From Bdellovibrionota bacterium (GTDB lineage Bacteria; Bdellovibrionota_C; UBA2361; OMII01), in NCBI GenBank assembly GCA_044351885.1, contig JBILEW010000010.1, positions 30-64,029 of the forward strand: a stretch of DNA of 64,000 nt, given 5' to 3'. How positions within the stretch are numbered: position 1 is the first letter of the stretch; each line of letters begins with the position of its first letter. Under the pieces are notes generated by a model. That model was not told the origin of the DNA. It made no database searches and saw only the letters and a list, made by a program, of their open reading frames with translations. The position numbers and the translations under genes were made by a program. Shown one piece after another: positions 9,849 through 19,439 of the stretch.

Positions 9849-11021
9849 TTACGATCTCTCTGTGGTAAATGTGGTCGCTTGTGAGGGAACTCCACCCGAT
9901 CCTACGACGATAGCTCGAAGGTTCTCTTTTCGCGCAGGAACGGTCGATTTAGCCGTCCTCAACTCCGCGACCTTGGTGAAGGGCCCACTCTCTGTAGAGC
10001 TTGAGAAGACTACAACTTTCGAAGCTGCGCACTGGGGTACCTCGGCGCTGCATCCGAGGTTTTCGTTGGAGCGATCGGCGCCGATACGAGCACAAAGAAC
10101 CGAGAGCAGAGCCGCGCCGTCGGTTTGAGTTACATCGATCCTGTTCTGCAAAGTGCAGGGAGGCTCGACCGGTATGAAGAGCTCCTTGCGCACGGAGTTA
10201 CCGAAGGCGGTTCTGAGCTCTACCTGTGTCGTCCCCGAAGTGGGGGCAGCGAGAGCTGAGATGACGCTGCAGTAGCGCCCCGGGGAGACCTCATGTAGTG
10301 AAGCGCGTTGTGTACCTAGGAGCAGCGATGCAAACGAATGAGGAGTTCCATCGGCGCACACTTTGTACGAGCCTGGAGAATCCCATTCGGCCTTGGCTGC
10401 ACTCAATGCGACTTCGGTGCCTTCCTGTCGGGAAAGTCCTCCTCGCGACGCGACCTCCGGCAAATCCTCGACGATCCTCGCAGCAAATTTCGCTGCCAGA
10501 CTTTCGAAGCCTGAATCGCCGGTTCGTTTGACTTGAGCGATGATGCCTTGAAGGACCTGGCCAGACTCGAAAATAAGACCTCCTTTGACGCGCTCGGTAT
10601 GCTCCGCCTTGAGCAATTCCGCTCCGTCTTTGCCCTGGAAAAGCACCTCGCCACTAAGGGAGTCGTAATATCCAGCCAAGAAATTGTTTTGTGAGATAGA
10701 CGAGAGTTTAAGCACGACAAACCCGTCGACTAAATACTCGTTAGCGAGCGCTGATTTTTCGGGGCAGGTAGGAGAGGAGCAGAGTCGATTGACGACTTTG
10801 TCCTCGACTACTACGAAGCCTTCGTTCCTTAAGGCGTTGATCAGAGCACTGTGTACCGTGTCGACCCGCTCTCGAGGAATATCCACCGAATAGTCAGCGG
10901 GTAGTAGCGCAACGCTTTTGGGTAGGGCAGTGTCTTTCGATATTTTTGTAGTAAAGCTAGGTCCACAGCCGATAACTAGGAGCATGCCAGCGGCACAGAG
11001 CTGGGAGTAGGGTCTTCTCAT
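9849..11021 (-). CDS. Lipoprotein, paralog of 8803-9837 with Cys-rich extension
   Basis: GGAGGA RBS before ATG 11021; lipobox VIGC; KSVALLP; shared GTP..EVSPGRY domain. Confidence 0.6.
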   Translation of the reverse strand: MRRPYSQLCAAGMLLVIGCGPSFTTKISKDTALPKSVALLPADYSVDIPRERVDTVHSALINALRNEGFVVVEDKVVNRLCSSPTCPEKSALANEYLVDGFVVLKLSSISQNNFLAGYYDSLSGEVLFQGKDGAELLKAEHTERVKGGLIFESGQVLQGIIAQVKRTGDSGFESLAAKFAARIVEDLPEVASRGGLSRQEGTEVALSAAKAEWDSPGSYKVCADGTPHSFASLLLGTQRASLHEVSPGRYCSVISALAAPTSGTTQVELRTAFGNSVRKELFIPVEPPCTLQNRIDVTQTDGAALLSVLCARIGADRSNENLGCSAEVPQCAASKVVVFSSSTESGPFTKVAELRTAKSTVPARKENLRAIVVGSGGVPSQATTFTTERS

Positions 11022-11074
11022 ATTCCTCCGAAGTTCACGAAAAGACGGCCTCCCCACATTCGGTGGATGGAGCC

Positions 11075-11512
11075 TTACCGGACGATGATCGAACCTTTGA
11101 CCCCTTCGGGGCGATTCGGAAGACCGTAGACCGTAAACTGATATGTACCGGGTTTGTGAAAACAGGTCGACGCAAAATCTTTGGGAACGATAGGCGCATT
11201 CGATCGAATCGCTCCATCATCTCCGATCTTCATGTTTCCCGAGGCGCAATGAGTCTTGATCCCGTTGGCGTTCACATCGAGGGTAATCAGGGAATCAGTT
11301 GTGTCGTTGAGAAAGAAGGCGACCCCATCCTCGGTGCGCATCTCAAGGGTAGCCGGCTCAAGGCCCTTGTCGGTAAGCTTTACTATCTGGCTCTGGCTTT
11401 CGGGGATAGCTGCGGGGATTTCATTTGGCGAGCCCTCCGAGATGCCGCTCGTAGGCATGTACAAGAGAACAAGACAGAGGACAAATGACGGCAAAAACAG
11501 ATAACTCCGCAT
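11075..11512 (-). CDS. Exported cupredoxin-like protein
   Basis: Signal peptide; VKLTDKGLEPATLEM..GVAFFLN and F.KPGTYQF..VKGSIIV cupredoxin pattern. Confidence 0.55.
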   Translation of the reverse strand: MRSYLFLPSFVLCLVLLYMPTSGISEGSPNEIPAAIPESQSQIVKLTDKGLEPATLEMRTEDGVAFFLNDTTDSLITLDVNANGIKTHCASGNMKIGDDGAIRSNAPIVPKDFASTCFHKPGTYQFTVYGLPNRPEGVKGSIIVR

Positions 11513-11539
11513 ACGAGAGTTTGTAGCAAGGCGAGTTAC

Positions 11540-13660
11540 TTATTTCAATCCACCCAGATCGGCCGGTGCGCACCGGAATGCAGCCGAACAGGGGGTTATC
11601 TGCACAGAGAGGAGACGGGCGTTCCCGGTGGAGCTCGTCTGCTTGGGGAGTTGCAGGCTCGCGCCGGCGGCTTCGAGTGATACCTTCTGGACCTGACGAG
11701 ACGTAACGTTGTTTCCTTCGTCTCTCCCAAGCTCGTAGACAGAGGCCGCACAACCAGAAGCGCTAGGCGCTTGAAACTCCAGGAGTAGTGGACTCGAGGG
11801 AGGGGTAAAGATCGGTGATGAGGTGGTTGTCCACGGGTCGATGCGGATGAGCATGCTGCCGTCGGCGCCAGTAGCTACGAGGGAAAAACGATCCTTGTTG
11901 TCCTGAAGCCTCTGCTCGAAGAGCGGTTGGTCCCAAGATTTAAAAAGAGAGGGTACTACTATGATCCATCGCAGGCCACAGATGCGGCTCAACCAATCGA
12001 AAGACTCCGCGGAAGGAAACGAGCGCAGTGCCTCGGGAAGCTCCATACTGAGTTTCGGCCTTTGGCCGCTGTACCCGTTGACGAAGGGGATTCCAGAGGA
12101 CGCGCTCCACAGAGCATAACGAGTGCTGAGGGTCGCTGATTCTGACCACGATTTTACGCGCCCTTTCTCGAGCTCTCCCGCAAATGGAAGTGCAATCGCT
12201 GCATCGTGCGGTTGAGCCGCCTGTTCGAGGGAATCAAAGGCCGCTGGTCTGGGGGAAAGGGGATCCAGCGGGAATACAGGGGTGTAGTTTTCCAGCATCG
12301 TGATGCCAAGTAGCAGGGCGCACCAGGCAGTTCGTCGCAATCGTGTGCCTTTGAAGAGTGAGCCTAGGGCGAGCGCAGCAGTGATGTAGACGCCCATGAT
12401 CACCACGCTCCCGAATCGACTGACTGCGCGAACCGAGTCCATCCCTGGCATCAGGCTATAGAGAATCGTGAAGGGTGCCAGAGCAGGCTCTCCCTTGGTA
12501 GGATTGCCGGCAGGTCCGAACGAGAGTACAAAAAATAGCGCGATGAGGGCTGCAAACAGTGCGCGAGGAGAGCGTGTCCGCACAGCATACGTACACACCA
12601 CGAGGAGTACGACCCATCCCGAAAGGGCAGTGAGAAGCTCAGACGCGATTCCAACGTCAACAACGCTCGAAGCGCACACGAGCGTCAGCGATGCCAGAAG
12701 TAAGATCGAAAAGGATAGGAGCGAGAGTTTCTGGCGCTCTCGTGCTACATGCGCGAGTGCCGCGCACAGAACCAAGAAACCCGCGCAAAGCGTTGCCTCT
12801 GTGTGGGTCCACTGGGAGGTGAATCCGAAGAGCCAGTTGAAAGCGGGAAACGATAGATATGAGAGACCAGAGGCAGCGAATGCGTCCGCTTCATAAAGCC
12901 CCCTCGATCCGAAGGTGTCTTTTACCTGGAGATACGATGGCAAGAGCCACGCTATCGGAAGTGCACCCAAACCCATCGCACTCGCGCGCAGCCCCGCCTC
13001 TTTGAAGCTCCTCCAGTCTAGTTGTAGAGAGAAGAGCCAGATTACGCCGAGCCCCAGAGCTGCAAAGATGGCATAATAGACGGCGCAATAGAACGATGCC
13101 GCAACGCACAATCCGGCAACAAACCATCTCAACATCGACGAATTGCGCGAGCCAATTACACATGCCCAGGCCAACGGTACCCAGAAGAAAAATTGGAGTT
13201 GAGGATGCCCGAAGTTACCTGTGAGGTACGAGCTGCAGGCGAATGCAGCCGCTGCAAAGAATGACGGCATCCATTCAACCGCGAGTGCTCGACACAGAGC
13301 TAAGACCCCTAGGCCGTTAAACACAAGCGCCGCTATGTAAACGGTATTGTATGCAGCCGCTAGAGAAACTCCGCACGAGAGGAGCACGCTTGCAAGCGCA
13401 GAGGGAAGGAGGAACGAATCGCTCCAGGCCCGCGTAAGCGGATAAGGATAAAACACGTGACTCTCTCCGCGCAGAGCGAGATTAGGAAAATGGTGAAAGC
13501 TCGCCGTGAGCCAGACGTAGAGTCCGCCGTCCCCTTGAGAGCCTCCGATGAAATGGGACGAGAGGAACCCCATCCAGTGTATATGGGTAACAAAGACCAG
13601 GAGGAGTAACCCAGTGATTGCGCCCAACCACGCAACAGTAGAATGAAAACGGCTCGACAC
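11540..13660 (-). CDS. Polytopic membrane protein, YfhO-like / putative GT-C glycosyltransferase
   Basis: Many TM segments; GDG..YVW, FYPYP..AWSD, VRAVSRF, NGYSG motifs. Confidence 0.6.
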   Translation of the reverse strand: MSSRFHSTVAWLGAITGLLLLVFVTHIHWMGFLSSHFIGGSQGDGGLYVWLTASFHHFPNLALRGESHVFYPYPLTRAWSDSFLLPSALASVLLSCGVSLAAAYNTVYIAALVFNGLGVLALCRALAVEWMPSFFAAAAFACSSYLTGNFGHPQLQFFFWVPLAWACVIGSRNSSMLRWFVAGLCVAASFYCAVYYAIFAALGLGVIWLFSLQLDWRSFKEAGLRASAMGLGALPIAWLLPSYLQVKDTFGSRGLYEADAFAASGLSYLSFPAFNWLFGFTSQWTHTEATLCAGFLVLCAALAHVARERQKLSLLSFSILLLASLTLVCASSVVDVGIASELLTALSGWVVLLVVCTYAVRTRSPRALFAALIALFFVLSFGPAGNPTKGEPALAPFTILYSLMPGMDSVRAVSRFGSVVIMGVYITAALALGSLFKGTRLRRTAWCALLLGITMLENYTPVFPLDPLSPRPAAFDSLEQAAQPHDAAIALPFAGELEKGRVKSWSESATLSTRYALWSASSGIPFVNGYSGQRPKLSMELPEALRSFPSAESFDWLSRICGLRWIIVVPSLFKSWDQPLFEQRLQDNKDRFSLVATGADGSMLIRIDPWTTTSSPIFTPPSSPLLLEFQAPSASGCAASVYELGRDEGNNVTSRQVQKVSLEAAGASLQLPKQTSSTGNARLLSVQITPCSAAFRCAPADLGGLK

Positions 13661-13864
13661 GAGTCTGATCCTGATCGTTTAAGAAGTGCCTGTCGGGCAG
13701 TGTAACCTTCTTGGGCCAAGTCGCAAGAGCTTGGTGCTCATAGAGAGTTGATTTTCATCTGAGGAACACCGAGACTCCTCAGCGGAAAGTTCGGGGATTT
13801 TTCGCATGAGTGCCGAGAGCAAAAGTAGTTGCGTCAGTCAGTGCTTGTACTATTTTGACACCTC

Positions 13865-16800
13865 ATGTCGTTAGAGCCATCCCAGCCGTCAACCCCAGCG
13901 CAAGCACCAGTCACTGCCACCGATAGCGGTGCAAATCTGATCGAATTGCAGGCTCCGAAAATTGAGACTGAGGTGGCTTCGTGTGCGACGCCGACCGAGA
14001 AAGAGACTCTTACCGCCAAGAGGGGATTTTGGGGAGCTCTGCGGTTTGTCGAGCGCGGGGAGTTCGATGGCACTGAGCGAGGTCTCAAGGCACTCAACGA
14101 CGGCTTGGCTCGGGCCTGGAATCAGTCGAGCCCAGTGGGCTGGATTCTGGCCCGTGTGCGATGTGAAATTCTGAAGATGCCTCCCTTCGAGTACGCCGAT
14201 GCTCACGGACTCCTGTCACACTCAACACTAGCTGGCCTCGAAACGTATCGTTCGCTCAAGCGGGCGCGTTTCAACCCTGAAACTATTCATCTCCTACTCG
14301 AAGGATGGGAGCGTTTGGCGGAGAAGCACAAGGTAGAGAACCCTCGGATAGCCGATATGCTCGGTGAAGCAAAAAGGGAGCTGCTACTCGCCCTTACTCG
14401 TAAATACGGCCAATCGGTATACGGCGTGCTCGCGCGGTGGCGCTACGAGGTTGGTCCGGAACGCTTCGATACGCTCTCAGGATATTCCTACAAGACGATG
14501 TGGCAACGCCAGAAGGCCGGAGTTATGTTCGATTTCGGCGATTTGCTGAGAATCGGAAGGAGTTTGGGGTTTATCGAGGCGCATGAGAAGCCACCTTCCC
14601 TATGGCAGAATCCTCGTGTTCAGGAGCTCGAAGCCGCATGGATGTTCGACTCCAAGCAGATGGGCCGCCCCAAGGAGATAGCGCAGCTTTACAGGATGGT
14701 CGAGGCGTGTGGGCTCAAAGTAGACAAAGACAGCCTACACCGTGATCCGAAAATCAAGTTGCAGTCGGTTGTCGTCGAGGCGCTGTATCGATTCGAGCGT
14801 GTATCCTGGAAAAAGATCGAGCCTCTCTTTCGTGAGCTCCGCGCATGTTCCTACATCACCGAGCCCGAATATCGGCGTATCAGGGCACGATGGGTCGAGC
14901 ATTGGAAGCATCAACCAGAATCGTTCGAACGACGTCTACGAAGCATCCGAGACGAGCGCGGGCTCACCAATTCACAGCTGGCTGAGGCCCTAGATTTGAA
15001 GCGTCAAGAGATGAATAAGCCGATCCTGCCGGTTTTCAGGGCGCTTTCGTACGGTGAAAAGAACAAGCACGCATCCTATGGGGTATTGGCTCATCTGATC
15101 GGACGGTCTAACGAAGAGGTCGAATCGCTTCTCGCACAGAAGCGCAGCGAGATACTTGCACAGTGGCGGAGACAAGGGAGCCTGATTACCTCGCCGGTCG
15201 CGGTGGAGCGTGAGCTCTGGTGCCTCGATTATTCAGATCTTCCTCACACAAAGAGCGATATCCAACGGCTCGAATGGGGCAAGAGGTGCTCGCTCGAGCC
15301 GGAGCGTGTGGTAACGGAGATACGCGAAATAGGTGAATCACGCGTGAAGGTCGCGCTCAAGCGGCTGCTCTCCCAGCGAGATCTCGACACGGTCCCGAGC
15401 GCCATATCGAATCTGGTAGCTCTTGAGGGATTGGCGCCCCTGGCACGCAGGTTAGAGACCTCCGTACCTGTTCTCAAAAATATCATGAGTGGTGCCGAAG
15501 TACCCACGTATCCGAAGCTCGTGAGCTTCATGCGTCTCCTCGGTCGCCAGCCGTCGCTAGCTCTCGAAGTCGATTGGAGAGATCAGTTCGCTCGACATCT
15601 GATAGCCGAGAACCGTAACGATCTCGAGCGAGTGTTGGATGCGTACGTAGCTGAGCACAGTGATTCGCGAAGGTCTTTGCTGCAAGAGAAGGGAAGGCGC
15701 TCCTCGGATGTTGCCCGTTTTTTTGATTGGATAAGCGAGGCGGGTGTCGCGGAGCCTGCAAATCTGACGAAGGTGCTCGAGTGCTTCGATATCGATCCTT
15801 CGCATCCGACGAGGTGGTTTCTCGAGAGCGTAGCCTACGAAGGAACCGTCGCCGAGGGACTCTCCAGGTGGCTGCAAAACATGGAGCAGGTAGAGGGATA
15901 CCGAGATATTCGGACGAAATTCGACAAAGCTCTGCGCGCTCATCAGCGGTCACGAAACAAAGGAAACTCCATAGAGAAGCTTCGGGAGCAGATCGTAGAT
16001 TTCGAGATCTCTCCAGCTTCCTCTTCGAGCAGCTCCGCAGCATGTGAGATCCTCCGACTTGTATCGGGGGTGACCCTCGCGGAAATTAAGGAAGCTCTGA
16101 CACTGCCGGGTGCTGTTGAGGGATCGATTGGGGCGTCACTCGTACAGGCTTGTCGTTCGAACGGGCTATCCACTCGGGATATCGCATTCGCCTTACGCGA
16201 CATGGTTCCATCCGACCGAAGGCCGATTGGCTTGCTGGAAGTGGGGATCGAGGTGGGGATCCCCTCCGCCGCCTGTCCGCCGGGTGTGTTGGCCTATCTT
16301 GCGGTCGAATCGGCTGAGCACGCAGAGCGAAGCATCGCTGCGCTGCGATCGGAGCTGAGTACGCGAGTCGAGAAGTTCAAGTTTCCAGGCCATGATGCGG
16401 TGGTCGAGATGATGGTGTGGGGAATCCGGCGAGACGATCTTGGTATCTCTCCCAAGGATTTTGCTCGGGAGATGTGGGGAGCTGTCGAGGCGGAATCCGA
16501 TACCCCGGACGAGCCTAACGCAGTCAACGCTGAGGATGCCGTCGATAAGGAGAGTTCCGCGACACAAGAAAAACGCCCAGGTGCGCGCATAAAGATTCAG
16601 GCGCAGGAATTGGGCTTGGAAAAAGTTCGAAAGGCTCTTCGAGAAGTGATCCATCGGCGCACGGCCGTTGTTCCGTGGCAGCTCGTGGAGATAGCTACTC
16701 AAGGGATGCCAGGCAAAGACCGGGCGTTCTCGGAGCGGGGTGGATTTCGTCTCGGGGCAGCAGCTCAATTCATAGCGGGCAGCGTAATGCCGACGCCGAA

Positions 16801-17923
16801 GCAGTTGAGACGAACTGTAGAGCTTGCAGAGTTGACCTTCTCGGATGAGATGGAATGGGGCTGGAGCGAGGCATACGCGCGCTTCTTGCAGAAGAGAGAG
16901 ACAGCGCCCCTGGGCCGCGCGCTCATGTGCCAAATCGTTTCCAAGGAGTTCGATTCTTCGGACACCACAGATCTGGTTGGCGGTAAGACGCTGATCGATA
17001 ATATAGTTTCCCGTTTCTTGAAGCGTAGCGGGCTGTCCGTTCGGAAATACAGGCTTGCGCTCCATGCGGCGTGTGTCGATGGAGTGCTCGAAGAAGAGCA
17101 CATCGACGCACTCGCGCGGGCTCTCGGATACGCTCCCAAGTCTCCGGCAGCGGCATTGTTGCAGTATCTTTCTGGTTCCCACAATGCTCAGTCAGCCCTC
17201 TTCGGCTGGAGCGAAAAATTTTGGAACCGCAAATCCGCAATAGACATGTTTCTGGAGGTCGGATCCTTTTACGCCAAGGAGCGCGAGCAAAGAGAAGCAC
17301 GACTGTCGGCAGGTAAATTAAGCGTGCAGGATCTCATCGCCGAGAGTGCGCGGTTACTGCATCAGCCCGAGGGCCAGGCCTCGCGAGAGTTCGTGGCAGC
17401 CCGGAAAAACTTCGTGGGGATGACTAGGGACGAGATCCTCGCCGCGTACATTCGAGCTAAGGCGGAGCTCGTAGAAGAGAGAGAGGTTGGAAAGAAACAA
17501 GCGCCGGCGGCGATAACACCAGAAGTGTGGGTCAAACCCAAGGAGCTTTTCACACTGCCTCTCGACTCTCGTTTGGATGAAATCGTTCATCGCTTGCGGG
17601 ACGGCAAATCTGTCTCGATTGCGGATACGATAGAGTTATTGCCTGTATTCTCACCCCTAATCAGCGAAATTTATCAGTATCTGAAGACCGAAACCCCGTG
17701 GTTTGTGGCAGCGACAGCCTTCTATCATCAACCAGATGAAGCGTTGCGTGAGATTCGTGAACAATTGAGGCAGGGAAAAGAGCCCAGATACCCTTCTCGC
17801 AAATTCCTGGAGACCCACTCCACCTGGGTGCGTGGCCGCGGAGACCTCGGAAAGCTCAACTCTATATCCATGAGATTGAACTTTAGGGAGCACTTCGTCG
17901 CCCCTGGTTCGATAAAGCGTTGA
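13865..17923 (+). CDS. Large hypothetical protein (1352 aa) with internal duplication and several XRE-like HTH motifs
   Basis: Uninterrupted 4-kb ORF; LRSIRDERGLTNSQLAEALDL and related motifs; aa ~353-750 aligns with ~754-1195. Confidence 0.8.
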   Translation: MSLEPSQPSTPAQAPVTATDSGANLIELQAPKIETEVASCATPTEKETLTAKRGFWGALRFVERGEFDGTERGLKALNDGLARAWNQSSPVGWILARVRCEILKMPPFEYADAHGLLSHSTLAGLETYRSLKRARFNPETIHLLLEGWERLAEKHKVENPRIADMLGEAKRELLLALTRKYGQSVYGVLARWRYEVGPERFDTLSGYSYKTMWQRQKAGVMFDFGDLLRIGRSLGFIEAHEKPPSLWQNPRVQELEAAWMFDSKQMGRPKEIAQLYRMVEACGLKVDKDSLHRDPKIKLQSVVVEALYRFERVSWKKIEPLFRELRACSYITEPEYRRIRARWVEHWKHQPESFERRLRSIRDERGLTNSQLAEALDLKRQEMNKPILPVFRALSYGEKNKHASYGVLAHLIGRSNEEVESLLAQKRSEILAQWRRQGSLITSPVAVERELWCLDYSDLPHTKSDIQRLEWGKRCSLEPERVVTEIREIGESRVKVALKRLLSQRDLDTVPSAISNLVALEGLAPLARRLETSVPVLKNIMSGAEVPTYPKLVSFMRLLGRQPSLALEVDWRDQFARHLIAENRNDLERVLDAYVAEHSDSRRSLLQEKGRRSSDVARFFDWISEAGVAEPANLTKVLECFDIDPSHPTRWFLESVAYEGTVAEGLSRWLQNMEQVEGYRDIRTKFDKALRAHQRSRNKGNSIEKLREQIVDFEISPASSSSSSAACEILRLVSGVTLAEIKEALTLPGAVEGSIGASLVQACRSNGLSTRDIAFALRDMVPSDRRPIGLLEVGIEVGIPSAACPPGVLAYLAVESAEHAERSIAALRSELSTRVEKFKFPGHDAVVEMMVWGIRRDDLGISPKDFAREMWGAVEAESDTPDEPNAVNAEDAVDKESSATQEKRPGARIKIQAQELGLEKVRKALREVIHRRTAVVPWQLVEIATQGMPGKDRAFSERGGFRLGAAAQFIAGSVMPTPKQLRRTVELAELTFSDEMEWGWSEAYARFLQKRETAPLGRALMCQIVSKEFDSSDTTDLVGGKTLIDNIVSRFLKRSGLSVRKYRLALHAACVDGVLEEEHIDALARALGYAPKSPAAALLQYLSGSHNAQSALFGWSEKFWNRKSAIDMFLEVGSFYAKEREQREARLSAGKLSVQDLIAESARLLHQPEGQASREFVAARKNFVGMTRDEILAAYIRAKAELVEEREVGKKQAPAAITPEVWVKPKELFTLPLDSRLDEIVHRLRDGKSVSIADTIELLPVFSPLISEIYQYLKTETPWFVAATAFYHQPDEALREIREQLRQGKEPRYPSRKFLETHSTWVRGRGDLGKLNSISMRLNFREHFVAPGSIKR

Positions 17924-18054
17924 TAGTCTTATATAAATAATCCCCTCAAAGACGCTTGTTTTCTGGATCGTCTAGGGAGCGGATCTGTTAGTTTACGCTC
18001 GATTGAGCTCTCACCATAACCTTTCCTGAACACCTCGTGAGGAACGGATTTCAT

Positions 18055-18927
18055 ATGTTTACTCGCTCTTTATTCTTAGTTGTGGCAGCGCTGGTACTCC
18101 CTGGGTTTTCTGCGTATGCGCAAACGGCCCCGGCTTACGAAGTAGTCGCAGACGGAACGACCTATCAAGCGAGCTTCACGGCAGCGACGCGGAACATAAA
18201 GGAGTTTACCGTCTACTTCGTTTCAGAGGGTAATAACTCTACCGCTGTTGCAGTCGGACTGCAGGCTCCCAATGGAACGCGAGCGAAGGGTCAGATTGGG
18301 TTTCTCGGTACGCGAGAAGCTAAAGAGGTGATAGGAGATCGCGCCCTTGGCATGGATGCAAAATTCCGAAGCTCGACTTCGAAGAAGGAGTTCTCAGAGG
18401 CAGTGGTCAAGACGGACGGTAGTGGCGCCGTCAATGGTAATTCGTACAGCTGGTTTCATCTTCACAAAGATGCTTGCTCGGGCAACAAAAAATCGCGATA
18501 CATGGCCAAGGTTACCGTGAACGTCTCGGATGTAGACCCAGCATTGTACGAGCAAGGCTTCACAGTTTTTGTCGCGTTGCAGGAGTACCGTTTCAAGGGT
18601 GGGCAAGCTGCATCGATCAAGCCCGCTTCAGACGGCAAGTACCGCGGAGAGCCGATTTCGCTCATGCAAACGATCTCCTACGGTAACGAGTACTTGAACA
18701 TCAGACGCTACAAAAAGGGGGGTAAATTGCGCTCCGCGAAGCGTATCCCTGTCGTCAAGTATGTGGGCTACCGCGGACTATCCCTGTCGCTCGCACGCTT
18801 GAAAGGATTGCTCAACGGAGGCAAGGCGACCTTCGAGCTGACCAACGGCGGTGACATCTACGGAGTTTGTTTCTCTCTTGTGCGAAAGAGACAGGTTCGA
18901 AACGGTTATCCGATGAGTGCTGGATAG
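18055..18927 (+). CDS. Secreted hypothetical protein, beta-rich with basic C-terminus
   Basis: GAGGA RBS; signal peptide ending AYA-Q; no family recognised. Confidence 0.7.
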   Translation: MFTRSLFLVVAALVLPGFSAYAQTAPAYEVVADGTTYQASFTAATRNIKEFTVYFVSEGNNSTAVAVGLQAPNGTRAKGQIGFLGTREAKEVIGDRALGMDAKFRSSTSKKEFSEAVVKTDGSGAVNGNSYSWFHLHKDACSGNKKSRYMAKVTVNVSDVDPALYEQGFTVFVALQEYRFKGGQAASIKPASDGKYRGEPISLMQTISYGNEYLNIRRYKKGGKLRSAKRIPVVKYVGYRGLSLSLARLKGLLNGGKATFELTNGGDIYGVCFSLVRKRQVRNGYPMSAG

Positions 18928-18969
18928 AAAGACTTCGTCGAGAGTCCGGTGAGGTGAGAGAGGAGTGGT

Positions 18970-19176
18970 ATGAAGCGTCCGATCCGAATAAGTGAAATGA
19001 ATCAAGAGAAGGGACACCCTCGGTATCCACACGTTCACGTCGAGAGAGTGCAGCAGGAGGTAGTACAAGATCGCCGCGTCCCGGCGCGCACCCGTAAACC
19101 TACACAGCGCTTCACATTGAATCTGCGAGAAGACAGCACCGTTGAAGAGATCTCGTGGCTTCGGTTGGTCGATTAG
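18970..19176 (+). CDS. Small hypothetical protein (68 aa)
   Basis: AGGAG RBS at 18961-18965; fills gap between co-directional genes. Confidence 0.45.
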   Translation: MKRPIRISEMNQEKGHPRYPHVHVERVQQEVVQDRRVPARTRKPTQRFTLNLREDSTVEEISWLRLVD

Positions 19177-19439
19177 CGAAACGCATTCAAATAGGGCTCT
19201 CTGATGTTTCAGCAGTGCCTCGCCTGACGAAATAGCAGCCGCCTGATCGATATGGTGCTTTATAGCACTCTAGTGGTCTGAATGTAGCGAACGTGCGTTT
19301 CCAATGAGCGGCGAAGCTGGAGAGATTGGGGGCTATATACCACGGAACTTCCAAGAGGTTCTGGAGCCAAGTCCAGCTTAGGGTCCATTTGGTCAAAGGT
19401 TGGCGTAATACCCCGAAATTGAGACATAATCGTACTGCC

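Noticed and set aside
19029-19040. acacgttcacgt in the 68-aa ORF as another repeat copy
   Set aside because: Only two hexamers with no partner arm; may be chance.
19415-19436. Fur-box-like site (aaattgagacataatcgtac) before the di-heme gene
   Set aside because: Weak symmetry and poor match to consensus.
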